DNA from: Zancudomyces culisetae HAW-14-8
Taxonomy: Eukaryota; Fungi; Kickxellomycota
Assembly: GCA_052426225.1 (NCBI GenBank)
Contig: JBNJNM010000012.1
Location: 992,001 to 1,056,000, forward strand
DNA: 64,000 nt
Direction of reading: 5' to 3'
In this document: in pieces, positions 1 to 11,500 of the stretch
Numbering within the stretch: position 1 is the first letter of the stretch
How the letters are laid out: each line of letters begins with the position of its first letter
The notes under the pieces: generated by a model
What the model was told of the DNA's origin: nothing
Seen by the model: only the letters and a program-made list of their open reading frames with translations
Databases searched by the model: none
Position numbers and translations under genes: made by a program

Positions 1-750
1 TACGGCTAAACTACATTTATTCTTGTGAAGTTGTATATTGTTAGTTTTAAGAAGCTGTAGAACCTCACGGACATCGACTAGATGTTGTTCAAAGGATGTT
101 GAGTATACCACAATATCATCTATGAAGACGACCGTAGTCTTCCAGAGCACAGGTGCGAGAGCTTTTTCCATCATTCGCTGGAAGGAGGCTGGGCTATTCG
201 TGAGCCCAAACGGCATCACGTTATAGCAGTACGTCCCACTTCCAGGAATTGCGAAGGCAGTTTTATCGCGATCTTCCAGCGCCATGGGTATCTGCCAATA
301 CCCACTTAAGGCGTCAAACGAGCTAAATATGGTGGCACCAGCTAATGCCATAAAAATGTCATCTATGGTGGGGAGAGGATAGGAATCCTTCCGGGTGACT
401 TGGTTCAGTTTGCGGTAGTCCGCACAGATTCGGAGCTTACCGTTCTTTTTCCAGACTGCTACAACGGGTGAGCACCACTCCGATGTGCAGGGCGCAATAA
501 CGCCATTCTTCTCCATAATCTCTAGCTCAGTACGGACCTTTTCATATAAGTGGAATGGTATGCGGTATGGACGTTGTCGGATGGGAGTATCCTGTGTTAG
601 CTCGATACGATGTTGAGTAACATTCGTCTGGGTGAGCTGTTCTACATCCTCAATGAATAGTTCTTTGTTTTCCTCTATCAGTTCCGTGACCCGCGGGTCC
701 ATAGCTACCTCCTCTGTTCCCTCATCTTGACGTTCACTGATCACTAAATA
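1..750 (-). CDS. Element A reverse transcriptase (partial, -1 frame relative to Gag-PR)
   Basis: Manual translation: YLVISERQDEG...PIRQRPYRIP...DYRKLN...MPFGLTNSP...VFIDDIVVYS. Confidence 0.9.
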
Positions 751-2411
751 ACTTCCGCTTCATCTGAATCTGCTCCTTCTGCTGCTACGCGAGTGTAAAG
801 GGGTGCTAGCAATAATTGTTTTCCTACTGGTAGTGCTAGTTCACCTTTCTGCATATCTAGTTTCGTTTTGTGGGCTAAAAGCCAATCCGTTCCTAATATG
901 AGAATATCGTCAGTTCTTTCCATGATAGTAATGTCAGTAGCGAAGATATACTTTCCTATTTGCACCGGTACATCTCTAATTATCCCCCGAGGTGCATGCC
1001 TTCGGCCGTCCGCTGTGACTATCACTTGTCCATCCGACTGCTCCGTGATTAGACCCCATCCATATACTAAGTTTGGAGTAGCTACAGAGCACGCGGCCCC
1101 TGTATCTACAACTGCCCACATTCTCCTTCCAAATATGGTGATCTCAATTTTGCAACTGGATGTCTTAGATGGATTTAGTCGTATCTCATTTATCTCCTCT
1201 TTTTTTACCTTTTTTGCTAGTTGACTCATATCATGTGTTAATTGTGGAGCAGCCTGTATCAGTTGGGGTAGGCTTATATGAGGGTAGTAACTCTTCAGGT
1301 CCTCCACTAAGCTAAATGGTTCTATACCTTCTGTAATCTTTGGTATCAACTTATTTCTGCTTTTTGGTGGCTCCTCTTTTGTTGCATGATCTTTCGCTGT
1401 TCCAACCACTTGAGGTTTAGCTGGTGGCTCTACCTCCATTTCTGCTCGCACTTCATCCCTGTTGCGTTGTGACATCCTTGTATGGGTAGTAATTGGAGTC
1501 ATCTTCTTATTACTAAAGTCATATGGTTTTTGTACTCCCCTTGGATGTATACCTCTCTGTACTGCAAATACGTCGGTGTCTTCCTCGTTACCAGTAGAAA
1601 GTTCAATAAAATTTACACTGGTATCTTGTACTTTACTCTGCTCTGGACAATCTGGTACTTTGTGTCCTTCGACCCCACACTTAAAACACTTGATGGGACC
1701 CCTGGTGTATGACTGTGGTCTGGGTCTACGATGCTCCCGGAGCTTGTTTTCCATCAACTCGTCAACCTTGGTGAGGAGATTCAAACTCCACTCCTCCATC
1801 TTCTTAACCATTTCTCCGTAACCTAACTTTTCCTGGGCCATATCCTTAATCGGCCTGCCCGAATGCGGAAGCTGAATGCGTGGTTTAGTTTGTTTTTTAT
1901 TGTTTTCTTTTTCAATAGCACTTGGCTTTCGCTGTATAGCTAATTGTTGTTCATCTTTACTTATTAGTTCAACAATCTCTGTCCAGCTTTCAACTCCTGC
2001 ATCCCTTACTCTTATTCTATTCTCTGTAGTTAACGCGCTAAGCAACCAGTTAAGCTTTTGCTTCTCTTCAGTGATTTTTGACTTTGTTAGCAGTTCCTCT
2101 AGCTCGTATTCTAACTCCTCAATAGTTTCGAATTCATCTTGACTAATTGTTTTCAACTGCTCCAAGTATTTTAAACTTTGGTCTTTTGGTCCAAATTTGG
2201 TAATAAACTGTTTAGTAAATTCTTCCCACGAAGTGAACTTGAGAGTGTTTCTCTTGTACCAAACCAGCTCTCGCTTACCCAAGTGTAGTTGTACGAAATC
2301 GATCCAGTCATCTTCATCCCACTTGTTAAGTTTTGCAATTATCCTGTATTTTCCTACCCATTCCTTTGGGTCCATACCACTGGTACAATCAAACGTCTCT
2401 GGCACCTTCAT
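744..2411 (-). CDS. Element A Gag + aspartic protease (ends at a -1 frameshift)
   Basis: Zinc knuckle CFKCGVEGHKVPDC; protease AVVDTGA and ILGTDWL; collinear with ORFs of B and C. Confidence 0.92.
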   Translation of the reverse strand: MKVPETFDCTSGMDPKEWVGKYRIIAKLNKWDEDDWIDFVQLHLGKRELVWYKRNTLKFTSWEEFTKQFITKFGPKDQSLKYLEQLKTISQDEFETIEELEYELEELLTKSKITEEKQKLNWLLSALTTENRIRVRDAGVESWTEIVELISKDEQQLAIQRKPSAIEKENNKKQTKPRIQLPHSGRPIKDMAQEKLGYGEMVKKMEEWSLNLLTKVDELMENKLREHRRPRPQSYTRGPIKCFKCGVEGHKVPDCPEQSKVQDTSVNFIELSTGNEEDTDVFAVQRGIHPRGVQKPYDFSNKKMTPITTHTRMSQRNRDEVRAEMEVEPPAKPQVVGTAKDHATKEEPPKSRNKLIPKITEGIEPFSLVEDLKSYYPHISLPQLIQAAPQLTHDMSQLAKKVKKEEINEIRLNPSKTSSCKIEITIFGRRMWAVVDTGAACSVATPNLVYGWGLITEQSDGQVIVTADGRRHAPRGIIRDVPVQIGKYIFATDITIMERTDDILILGTDWLLAHKTKLDMQKGELALPVGKQLLLAPLYTRVAAEGADSDEAEVI

Positions 2412-2501
2412 TTCTTATCTTTTTCCGGCTTATCTTTTAACTAAATTTGACCTCAACTATTAGTATTTTCTATAACTGTTATCTGTAGCCCACTGGCGTT
2501 G

Positions 2502-2520
2502 CGCCTAGCTGGGAGCGCCA
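2502..2520 (-). promoter_or_regulatory. Primer-binding site of A (TGGCGCTCCCAGCTAGGCG)
   Basis: Begins TGG next to the LTR; identical to the PBS of B; complement ends GGGAGCG-CCA (tentatively tRNA-Asn-like). Confidence 0.85.
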
Positions 2521-2522
2521 AT

Positions 2523-2919
2523 TGTAATATTTAAAATTTATATTATATTACCCGTTATGGGTGCACAGTGTCAATACACTAGTTACTTCCTTCACGGATA
2601 GTGTTTAAGCTCACCGTTTATGTTAATAACTGAGTTTTGTGTAGACACTTGTTATATTTTACTATTGTAGTTTATTTTTTATGATATACTTAATAAAAAT
2701 TGATAATAATCTTTTTCTTAAAACTAGAAATCCAAACTCCTATATAAAAGTAATGATAACACGAACTTGTTATCAAGGAAGTAGGAAAAAACCCTCCTAG
2801 GGAGAAAAGTCCAATCTTCCCAATAAAATGATAATAATAATAATAATAATACTATGACTCATTAATAAATTACCTAACCAATTTCTGACAAGGGGTAATC
2901 CATCCATTTCTATATGACA
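2523..2919 (-). repeat. 5' LTR of element A (~397 bp)
   Basis: TGTAATAT...ATATGACA imperfect terminal inverted repeat, 2 nt from the PBS; partner LTR is outside the window. Confidence 0.75.
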
Positions 2920-2922
2920 GTC

Positions 2923-3255
2923 TGTTGTAGAATCTATAAAACGCTAATATTTGTTTATTATTTATCTTTTTTTTAAGTATGGTTTGTGTATTTTCTTATT
3001 TGTTTAATACTATTATAACTTATTATTATCTTTTGCGATTAAAAAGATTATTTTATTCATTTTTGTTGAGGGCATTCTCCTATACCCTGAATTATCTTCG
3101 ATAATAAAACTAAATGTTATTCTACTTAATGACTAAAAATATTGATTGACAAAAACCACAAGGGGAAAAAGGTACAATCTCAGCTAACTATACGAATATT
3201 AATAAAACTCAATAATTTAAATTAAAAATAACTATCGTCGTATTCTCATACGACA
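2923..3255 (-). repeat. 3' LTR of element B
   Basis: TGTTGTAG...CATACGACA; direct repeat of 7824-8156. Confidence 0.95.
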
Positions 3256-6200
3256 GAACCCCCGCCCCAGATTGGACCTGCCGGTCTTGTTTCTCTAAAG
3301 CGAAGTAATTTTGACTTTAGTGTTGTACTTACGTCTGGTAGCATATATTGACTTTGGTGATAGTGTTTCAACATGTCACCGTTGGCTAAATCCCTATTTC
3401 CTTCACTATCAGAGATTATGTAAGCTCCCTTATTTAGTCTTCTATCGACCTTGTAAGGTCCCTCCCATGTTTGCTCTAACTTTGCCATGGGTTGCTCAGT
3501 TAGTTTTAAGACTACGTCACCTTCCTTAAACACTGAAATTTTTACTCCCTTGTCGTACCTAACTTTCTCTTTTTCTTTTTCTGCATTACTATTACACAAT
3601 CCCACGTTTCGCAGTTCAGGTATATCCGTCTTTATAGCTTCGATTCTCTCTGTTATGGCCAATTCAATGTCACTAATCTCGGGTGGTGGAATCCATATTG
3701 CAGGAGTTGATAGTTTAACTCCATATAGCATTTCTGCAGGACTATGCTTTGTAGTTCGATTCCTCATAGTCCTAATTGCTAGTAGAGTCTTCCAAATAAA
3801 CTTATCCCAATTATCTTTGTGCCGACGACATTGTTTTACTAAAATGTTTTTTAGTGTTTGGTTGAGTCGCTCTACCTGCCCGTTACTTTGTGGGCGGTAG
3901 GATGTAGTTGGTGTGTGTTTAATTTGTAAAAATTCATAAACTTTTGAGGTGAATTCGCTTACGAAACCAGCACCCCTATCTGTAATGATTTGGTCTGGTA
4001 CGCCGAAATTTTGTACGATGTTAGTGACTATAAAATTAACTATTGTATCCGACTTGATGTTTTCGACCGCTTGTGCTACAGGCCATTTTGTTAGGTAGTC
4101 TATACCGGTTAAAATAAACCTATTTCCAGACTTTGAGATAGGACTAATTGGTCCTATTGCATCCAGTCCGAAGACACTAAACGGTTTATATGAATAAATC
4201 GGGTGCAAAGCATTTCTCTTGATTCTACTTCCTTTATATAATTGACATTCATGACATTGTTCTACTACCCTTTTAACCGTGTCGAATAGTCCTTCCCCAG
4301 TATATACTTCCTTAACTCTTTCCCACGTGTTTACAATTCCATTATGATTTTCATTGTGCACTCGTTCAACTGTGTTGCGCATCGTATCTTCGTGTAACAC
4401 TTCCTTAATGTTTCCTTTTATAATTCTTACCAATTTATTATCCCTTATTTTATACTTAGCTGACTTATTTCGTATTCTTTTTTTATCACTTTCTGAACTA
4501 TTTTCTGGGAAAGTATAATTGTTAATATATGTTTTAATAGAATTATATTCTGCACTTGATAGTAAATAAATATTCAATTCTCTAGTTAAGTATTCTGAAT
4601 TCTCTGCATTTTCTGGATTTAAACGAGACAACGCATCTGCCGGATTGTTTTTTCCGGGACAGTGTTCAATAGTATAATCATAATTACGAAGGATCATAGC
4701 CCATCTGGCTATTCTCCCTGTAATTTCCTTAGAGTCAAAAAGCTGCAAGAGTGCTTTGTGATCTGTACGCACTGTAAAGTGCTTGCCCCAAAGATAATAT
4801 TTTAGCTTCTGTATCGACCATATCACAGCAAGCCCTTCCAAGTGTGATATCGAATAATTTCGTTCGTGTTTATTTGTTATCCTGCTAATAAAACATATAG
4901 GTTTTTCTGAATCCTCAAAACGCTGAGATAATATGCCACCTATTCCAGTCACCGAAGCGTCTGTGGTAACAATGAACTCGCGGTTCCAATCGGGGTGTGC
5001 TAGTGTGGGCGCAGTTGACATTTTTGTTTTTATCTCCTTTATTGCCTGCTCACAGTTCTGGTCCCATTTCCACTCTGTGTTTTTCTTTAATAGCTTTAAT
5101 AGCGGGGCTACAGTTGTTGCAAACTGTTCAACATATTTCCTATAAAATCCGATCAATCCCAAGAATGACTGCAGTTCCTTGACTGTAGTAGGCGTCCTTG
5201 CTTTTAGGATCGATTCAACTTTTTTTGTGCTTGTTTTAACACCTTCGGTAGTTATGACGTGACCTAGGTATTCTAGCTGTTTCATTCCTAAATAACACTT
5301 TTCTCCATGTAGCTGAACCTTTCCTACTCTCAACAAGTTGAAAAACTCTCCTAGATGTTTCAAGTGCTCGTCCATAGTTTGAGAGTATACTATTATATCG
5401 TCCACAAAGACTATTGCGGTTTTCCAAAGTACTGGTTCTAACACTCTCTCCATCAATCTTTGAAATGATGCTGGGCTATTTGTCAGCCCAAACGGCATCA
5501 CGTTATAACAAAAACTTCCTGTACCGGGAATCGAAAAAGCAGTTTTTTCTCTATCCTCTTTGGCCATGCGGATTTGCCAAAATCCGCTAAGCGCATCAAG
5601 AGAAGAGTAAACTTTTGATCCTGCCACTGCCATAAAAATATCTTCTATTGTAGGCAGTGGATACGTGTCCTTCTTGGTCTGCAAATTTAGTCTCCTATAA
5701 TCTGTGCAAAACCGTAGCTTACCATTTTTCTTCCAAACGGTGACCACAGGGGAACACCATTCTGAAATGCACTTGGATATTATGCCTTTCTGTTCCATAA
5801 CTTGTAGTTCATCTCTGACTTTAGCGTACAAGTGGTGAGGTATTCTATAAGGCTTCAATTTAACTGGCGTTTCGTCCTTGAGCACTATTCTATGTTCAGT
5901 TTGTTCCGTCTGAGTCAAATCTTCAATGTCGTCTGCAAATATGTCTTCATAATTTGACTTCAATTCATCAATTCTAGAGTCATTATACCTCAACTCATCT
6001 TCAACTTGCATGTTTTCTTTTATCATTAGAAACAGTTCACTATGATCACAGTCCTCGTACTCTGATACTTCTTGCATGTGTAAGGGTACAATAATTACTA
6101 TTCTCTCTAAGGGTAGCCTAAGCTCCGAATCCCGTATGTTCAATTGTGCATGATGGCTCATTAGCCAGTCCATGCCTAATATCAAGCTATTATCCTTCCT

Positions 6201-7733
6201 CTGCATTATTGTCAGATTTGCGGCAAACTTGCAGTTACCAATCCTTAAAGGTACATCTTTAACTGTTCCTAAAGAATTATGTTTCATTCCATCTGCGGTG
6301 ATTATCACTTGGTCATGTTCCTCGTCTACTTCCAGACCCCAATTTTCAATCATTCTGGGCGTAGCCACCGAACAAGCAGCACCCGTATCGACTACTGCCC
6401 ATATTTCTTTACTATAAACTGAAACGATTATCCTGCAATTTGTTGTACGGGGTTTTGCAAATCTAATTTCATTAATCTCTTGCTTCTTGGTTTTCTTGCA
6501 TAAGCTAATCATTTCACTATTCAGTGAAGGAGCCACGCTCATGAGCTGAGGAAAGGAAATAGTCGGGTTCCACTTAGCCAGTTGTTCTACTAACGAGAAT
6601 GGTTGTATTCCTTCAGCCATTTTCAATTCCGTTTTAACTTTTGGCTTTGTTACCTCTTCTATATTTTCTTCTTCAGCCACCTGTTTATTACTTTTTATTC
6701 CCGCTCTCGGTTTTGAGACAGTTGTTTTTTTCAAGTCTACCGACTTCTGCTCTTCCACATCCATGTGCTGATCTACGGCTTTAACATACCTAATTCTATC
6801 TGTGTTTCCCACTTTCTTTGGTGTTTCAATGAACTCTTCTCTGGAATAAGGTGAGGTCTGTTTAGGTGATGTACCCCTACGCTGCACAGTTAATATTTCT
6901 TTAGAATGATCATTCTCTCGGCTTACCTCTAAAAAGTTCACGTTGTTAGCACGTTTCGTTTCTGTTATACCATCATTTTCCTTCAAACGCGGACACTCAT
7001 ATCTTTTGTGACCTTCCTTACGGCAATGAAAGCAGGTGATAACTCTTGGATAATTATTGGTATATCTTTTTCTCCTGTTTTCGCTTAATCTCCTCTCAAC
7101 TGCTTCATCAACTTTGCTCAACAAATTTAAAGACCATTCCTCCATCTTTTCCAACATTGCGTCATATCCACTATCTGAATTTGCCTTAGCACTATTTAAC
7201 TCATGTTTTGCATTCAAATTCTTGGTAAAGTCCTGGTCAGATGTTTGTGTTGTGACTCGTCTCTCATGTCTTTCCTTATCTAACACCCATTTGATAACCT
7301 TGTCCCACGTATTCAAACTCATTTCTCTGACCTTACTTTTCACATCTTCACACAATGCACTCACTAACCAGTTGTACTTTGCTGTAGCCTCTGTTATTCC
7401 TGCTTTTTCCAAAGCATTTTCCATAGCAAACTCAAATTCTTCAATAGACTCGTAATTACTTTGATTGATCCCTTTCAGTATATCATAGCTCATATAACCA
7501 TCCTCCGTAGTTGAGAATTTTTCTTTAAATGCTACTGTGAATGTGGTCCAGTCACTAAAACTCGAAACGTTTTTCCTATACCAGATTAATTCACGTTTTC
7601 CTAACTTTAACTGTACTAAATCAACCCAATCATCTTGATCCCATTTACTTAATTTGGCTACTAATCTAAACTGTTTTAACCACTCTTCCGGGTCAATTCC
7701 CAATGTGGCTTCGAATCGTGAGACACTATCCAT
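3246..7733 (-). CDS. Element B Gag-PR-RT-RNaseH-IN polyprotein (single ORF)
   Basis: CCHC knuckle, VDTGA, FVDD, TDAS/TDHKAL, HHCC + D-D-E integrase, GPY motif; first ATG at 7733; stop lies inside the 3' LTR; no chromodomain evident. Confidence 0.97.
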   Translation of the reverse strand: MDSVSRFEATLGIDPEEWLKQFRLVAKLSKWDQDDWVDLVQLKLGKRELIWYRKNVSSFSDWTTFTVAFKEKFSTTEDGYMSYDILKGINQSNYESIEEFEFAMENALEKAGITEATAKYNWLVSALCEDVKSKVREMSLNTWDKVIKWVLDKERHERRVTTQTSDQDFTKNLNAKHELNSAKANSDSGYDAMLEKMEEWSLNLLSKVDEAVERRLSENRRKRYTNNYPRVITCFHCRKEGHKRYECPRLKENDGITETKRANNVNFLEVSRENDHSKEILTVQRRGTSPKQTSPYSREEFIETPKKVGNTDRIRYVKAVDQHMDVEEQKSVDLKKTTVSKPRAGIKSNKQVAEEENIEEVTKPKVKTELKMAEGIQPFSLVEQLAKWNPTISFPQLMSVAPSLNSEMISLCKKTKKQEINEIRFAKPRTTNCRIIVSVYSKEIWAVVDTGAACSVATPRMIENWGLEVDEEHDQVIITADGMKHNSLGTVKDVPLRIGNCKFAANLTIMQRKDNSLILGMDWLMSHHAQLNIRDSELRLPLERIVIIVPLHMQEVSEYEDCDHSELFLMIKENMQVEDELRYNDSRIDELKSNYEDIFADDIEDLTQTEQTEHRIVLKDETPVKLKPYRIPHHLYAKVRDELQVMEQKGIISKCISEWCSPVVTVWKKNGKLRFCTDYRRLNLQTKKDTYPLPTIEDIFMAVAGSKVYSSLDALSGFWQIRMAKEDREKTAFSIPGTGSFCYNVMPFGLTNSPASFQRLMERVLEPVLWKTAIVFVDDIIVYSQTMDEHLKHLGEFFNLLRVGKVQLHGEKCYLGMKQLEYLGHVITTEGVKTSTKKVESILKARTPTTVKELQSFLGLIGFYRKYVEQFATTVAPLLKLLKKNTEWKWDQNCEQAIKEIKTKMSTAPTLAHPDWNREFIVTTDASVTGIGGILSQRFEDSEKPICFISRITNKHERNYSISHLEGLAVIWSIQKLKYYLWGKHFTVRTDHKALLQLFDSKEITGRIARWAMILRNYDYTIEHCPGKNNPADALSRLNPENAENSEYLTRELNIYLLSSAEYNSIKTYINNYTFPENSSESDKKRIRNKSAKYKIRDNKLVRIIKGNIKEVLHEDTMRNTVERVHNENHNGIVNTWERVKEVYTGEGLFDTVKRVVEQCHECQLYKGSRIKRNALHPIYSYKPFSVFGLDAIGPISPISKSGNRFILTGIDYLTKWPVAQAVENIKSDTIVNFIVTNIVQNFGVPDQIITDRGAGFVSEFTSKVYEFLQIKHTPTTSYRPQSNGQVERLNQTLKNILVKQCRRHKDNWDKFIWKTLLAIRTMRNRTTKHSPAEMLYGVKLSTPAIWIPPPEISDIELAITERIEAIKTDIPELRNVGLCNSNAEKEKEKVRYDKGVKISVFKEGDVVLKLTEQPMAKLEQTWEGPYKVDRRLNKGAYIISDSEGNRDLANGDMLKHYHQSQYMLPDVSTTLKSKLLRFRETRPAGPIWGGGSVV

Positions 7734-7823
7734 TTGCAACGGTTTCTGTTTAGGTAGAGTTCAAATACTTTTATTTTATTTTTAAGCTATTTTGATTATT
7801 TAACGCCTAGCTGGGAGCGCCAC

Positions 7824-8156
7824 TGTTGTAGAATCTATAAAACTCTAATATTTGTTTATTATTTATCTTTTTTATAAGTATGGTTTGTGTATTTTCTTAT
7901 TTGTTTAATACTATTATAACTTATTATTATCTTTTGCGATTAAAAAGATTATTTTATTCATTTTTGTTGAGGGCATTCTCCTATACCCTGAATTATCTTC
8001 GATAATAAAACTAAATGTAATTCTACTTAATGACTAAAAATATTGATTGACAAAAACCACAAGGGGAAAAAGGTACAATCTCAGCTAACTATACGAATAT
8101 TAATAAAACTCAATAATTTAAATTAAAAATAACTATCGTCGTATTCTCATACGACA
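7824..8156 (-). repeat. 5' LTR of element B
   Basis: Direct repeat of 2923-3255, adjacent to the PBS. Confidence 0.95.
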
Positions 8157-8161
8157 TGTCG

Positions 8162-8527
8162 TGTCGTATAAATGAATTTATTTATACTTTATTTGTTTAA
8201 TATATATATATAATTGTTCAATAACTAGTATTATCGTTATATTTTAAATACTATATAGTCGTTGAATCGCGTAATCAATATATACGTTGAATTTCCAAAA
8301 CCTATTTTTATTGTTATATCTCGAATCTGATATCTCACTTTTTTTTCCTTCCTCTAAAATAAATACTAAATATATTTTGAATCGAAACCGAAATAATTTC
8401 ACTTATTTACGGTTACGTAATTAAACCAATAAAATTCCTAAAAAATTTTATTTCAATTAACCAATAAAACTAAGTATTAAAATAACTAAAAATGTTTGAA
8501 TAAAGTCGTATTTGGCACTATACGACA
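8162..8527 (-). repeat. Element C LTR 1 (outer 3' LTR, 366 bp)
   Basis: TGTCGTATA...TATACGACA perfect 9-bp TIR; PPT AAGGGGGAG adjacent on the minus strand. Confidence 0.95.
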
Positions 8528-8538
8528 GCACTCCCCCT

Positions 8539-11500
8539 TCAAGCTATAATGTCCTCATTATAACGTGCTTGTTTAAACGTATTTAACTTAGGTCTCAGGC
8601 GACTAGTAATTTCAGGGATCATAAATCTCGATTCGTGATATAGCTTAAGTAAATCTCCATTGACCAAATCTCGGTTCCCAAGCTGGTCTGTTATAAGGTA
8701 GGCACCTTTACTAAACCTTTTTATAATAGTAAATGGACCCTCCCAGAGAGATTCCAATTTACCTCTATCGTATTCTACTACTTTCAAAACTTTATTTCCG
8801 ACTTGAAATTTCGTGGGTTTAACAGTCTTATTATATCGAATCTTCTCGGCTTCTTTCGCTGCAACGGCTTTTCGAACACCGATTTTTCGAATTTGTGGTA
8901 AATCAGATTGCATCAGTTTAAGTCGGTGCTCGATTTGTTCGACGTCGTCTTCGATTATCCCGTTCGTCTTCCACGTCGAAGGCATTTGCAATTCGGTTCC
9001 ATAAAGCATCTCGGCAGGTGTATATCCGGTACTTTTACTGTTCATTGTACGCATAGTAAGTAGTACTTTCCACAAGTACCTATCCTATTATTCTTATCTA
9101 CTTTGCATATTTTTTGTAATAAACTTACTAATGTTTTATTTAACCGTTCAACTTGTCCATTCGACTGCGGGCGGTAAGAAGTAGTCGGACTGTGGTCCAG
9201 TTGCAACCAGGAGTAAACTTCCGTCGATACATTACTGACAAAACTCGAACCTCTATCCGTTACTATCTTTTGCGGTACCCCATAGTAAGTCACAATTTCG
9301 TTTATTACAAAATCCACAATAGTCTCACTTAGTAAATTTTCAACTGCAACTGCAATAGGCCATTTAGTACAATAGTCTATTGCAGTTAGTATATAGCGAT
9401 TACCTGTTTCAGAAACAGGATTAATGGGACCGATTGCGTCCATACCGAATACTTCGAAAGGCCTAACCGCATGTACTGGATTCAAACCGTGCTTTCGAGT
9501 TCTCCCACCCTTGTACGTCTGACAAGTGTGACACCTCTTGACGTAGTCGGCTACCTGCCTGTATAACCCTTTCGAATAGTGATCTCTGCTCACTCTAGCC
9601 CAAGTATTTTCGATCCCCTCGTGTGTTTCCTCATGGACCTTTTTGACTAGTTCGATGCTTTCCGCTTCCGTTAGAACTTCTTTCAACTTACCTCTTACCC
9701 ATTTGTAAATAACACCATCTATCACCTTAAAATATTTTGCTTTTTTCTTTATTTTTTCAACTAATTCAACAGTAGCTTCTCGCGGTATAGTACCGCCTAA
9801 TAAATAATTTCTAACTAAACTTTCTTCACTGTATACCATTCCGAACACCTCAACATGCTCATCCTCGGTTATCTCATGTATTCCACTTCTTGACAAATGG
9901 TCCGCTGGATTGACCTTTCCAGCTATATGGACTATATCAAACTCAAAGTTACGCAGAAACATAGCCCACCTGGCTAGTCTTCCACTTAGTTCTTCACCGT
10001 TAAACATGTTAAGTAGTGCTTTATGATCCGTCCTAATAATAAATTTTCTTCCGTAAACATAAAACTTGAACTTCTTTACGGCTCACACGACCGCCAGTCC
10101 CTCCAGGTGACTAATTGAATAATTTCTTTCCGCCTTGTTTGTAGTTCGGCTCGCGTATTCAATCGGTCTCTCATTTCCATCAACCTCTTGCGATAAAATC
10201 GCTCCGACTCCACATATCGCTGCGTCCGTTGTTACAATAAAAGTTTCGTCCCAATTCGGATGTGCAAGTACTGGCGTATTTGTCATAGCATTTTTCATTC
10301 CTCGAAACGCTTCGTCTTGTTCTTTTCCCCATTTCCAACCTGTACCTTTTTTTAATAATTGTGTTAGTGGGTTAGCGACTATAGCATATCTTTCAATAAA
10401 TTTTCTATAGTATCCAGTCATCCCTAAAAATGACTGAACTTCCTTCACACAAGTTGGAGGCTTCAAATTCGCAATTGATTCTACTTTTACCGAACTTGTA
10501 GCTATACCATCACCAGAAATAACGTGCCCCAAGTAGTCAATTCTATACAATCCTATTTTGCACTTGTCTTTGTGTAACTGTATTTGCCCTTCTTTTAATA
10601 ACTCCATAACCTCTCTTAAATCTTCTAAATGACTGTCCTCGCTTTTAGAAAAAATTATTATGTCATCTACAAAGACAACAGCTTTTTTCCAAAGCACTTT
10701 TTTTAACACAGTCTCCATCGTTCTTTGAAAGGTAGAGGGGCTGTTTGTCAAACCGAACGGCATGACGTTGTAGAGATAACTCCCCCCTCCTGGCAAAGCA
10801 AATGTGGTTTTCTCCTTATCCTCTTCTGACATCTTTATTTGCCAAAAGCCGCTGAGTGCATCTAATGTTGTAAAGATACACGCACCAGCTAAGGCCATAA
10901 AAAGGTCCTGAATGATCGGCAACGGGTACGAGTCTTTAACCGTCACCGCGTTTAACTTCCTATAGTCTGCGCAGATGCGCAGCTTACCATTCTTCTTTTG
11001 GACAACAACAACTGGGGAGCACCACTCGGCGTTACTTATTGCGATAACTTTTTGCTCAAGCATCCTATCGATTTCCAACCCTACTTCCTCTTGCAGTCGA
11101 AATGGTATCCTATAGGGCCTCTGTTTGATTGGCCTGTTATCTGTGAGTACTATCTTATGCTCTGCAACGTTAGTTTGTTTTAATTTATCTATATCCTCTA
11201 CAAATAAATCATCATATTCCTCTAACAGTTCCACTATACCATTATTTAATTTTCCTTGTGTTCCTATGGGCGCTTCAGAAACTAAATATAAATCCCATTC
11301 TTCTTCAACCACCGGCGTCGCTTTGGTTGTTACCAGCGGGGTAACTACTTCGGCTCTGTCAACTGGCAGTCTCAACTCCGGAATTCCTAGGTTTAGGTTT
11401 GCTTTATGCTTAAGCAGCCAGTCCATACCTAAAATTAAGGTAGGTACCTTGTTGCCCAGCACCACTAAGGATGCAACAAACTCAATTCTACTAATCATAA

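Larger units (their letters stand above)
1..2919 (-). mobile_element. Ty3/Gypsy LTR retrotransposon A (5' part; continues off the left edge)
   Basis: 5' LTR 2523-2919, PBS 2502-2520, Gag-protease ORF 744-2411, RT in another frame 1-~750. Confidence 0.95.
2923..8156 (-). mobile_element. Intact Ty3/Gypsy retrotransposon B (5.23 kb)
   Basis: 333-bp LTRs at 2923-3255 and 7824-8156 (3 differences seen), PBS 7804-7822, purine tract 3256-3268, uninterrupted gag-pol. Confidence 0.97.

Noticed and set aside
8528-8531. GCAC after C LTRs as a TSD related to the tRNA site
   Set aside because: It is the internal PPT-LTR spacer present in every C unit
10083-10085. In-frame TGA in element C as selenocysteine or programmed readthrough
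   Set aside because: It aligns to Trp in element B, lies inside RNase H rather than at a gag-pol boundary, and a frameshift follows downstream
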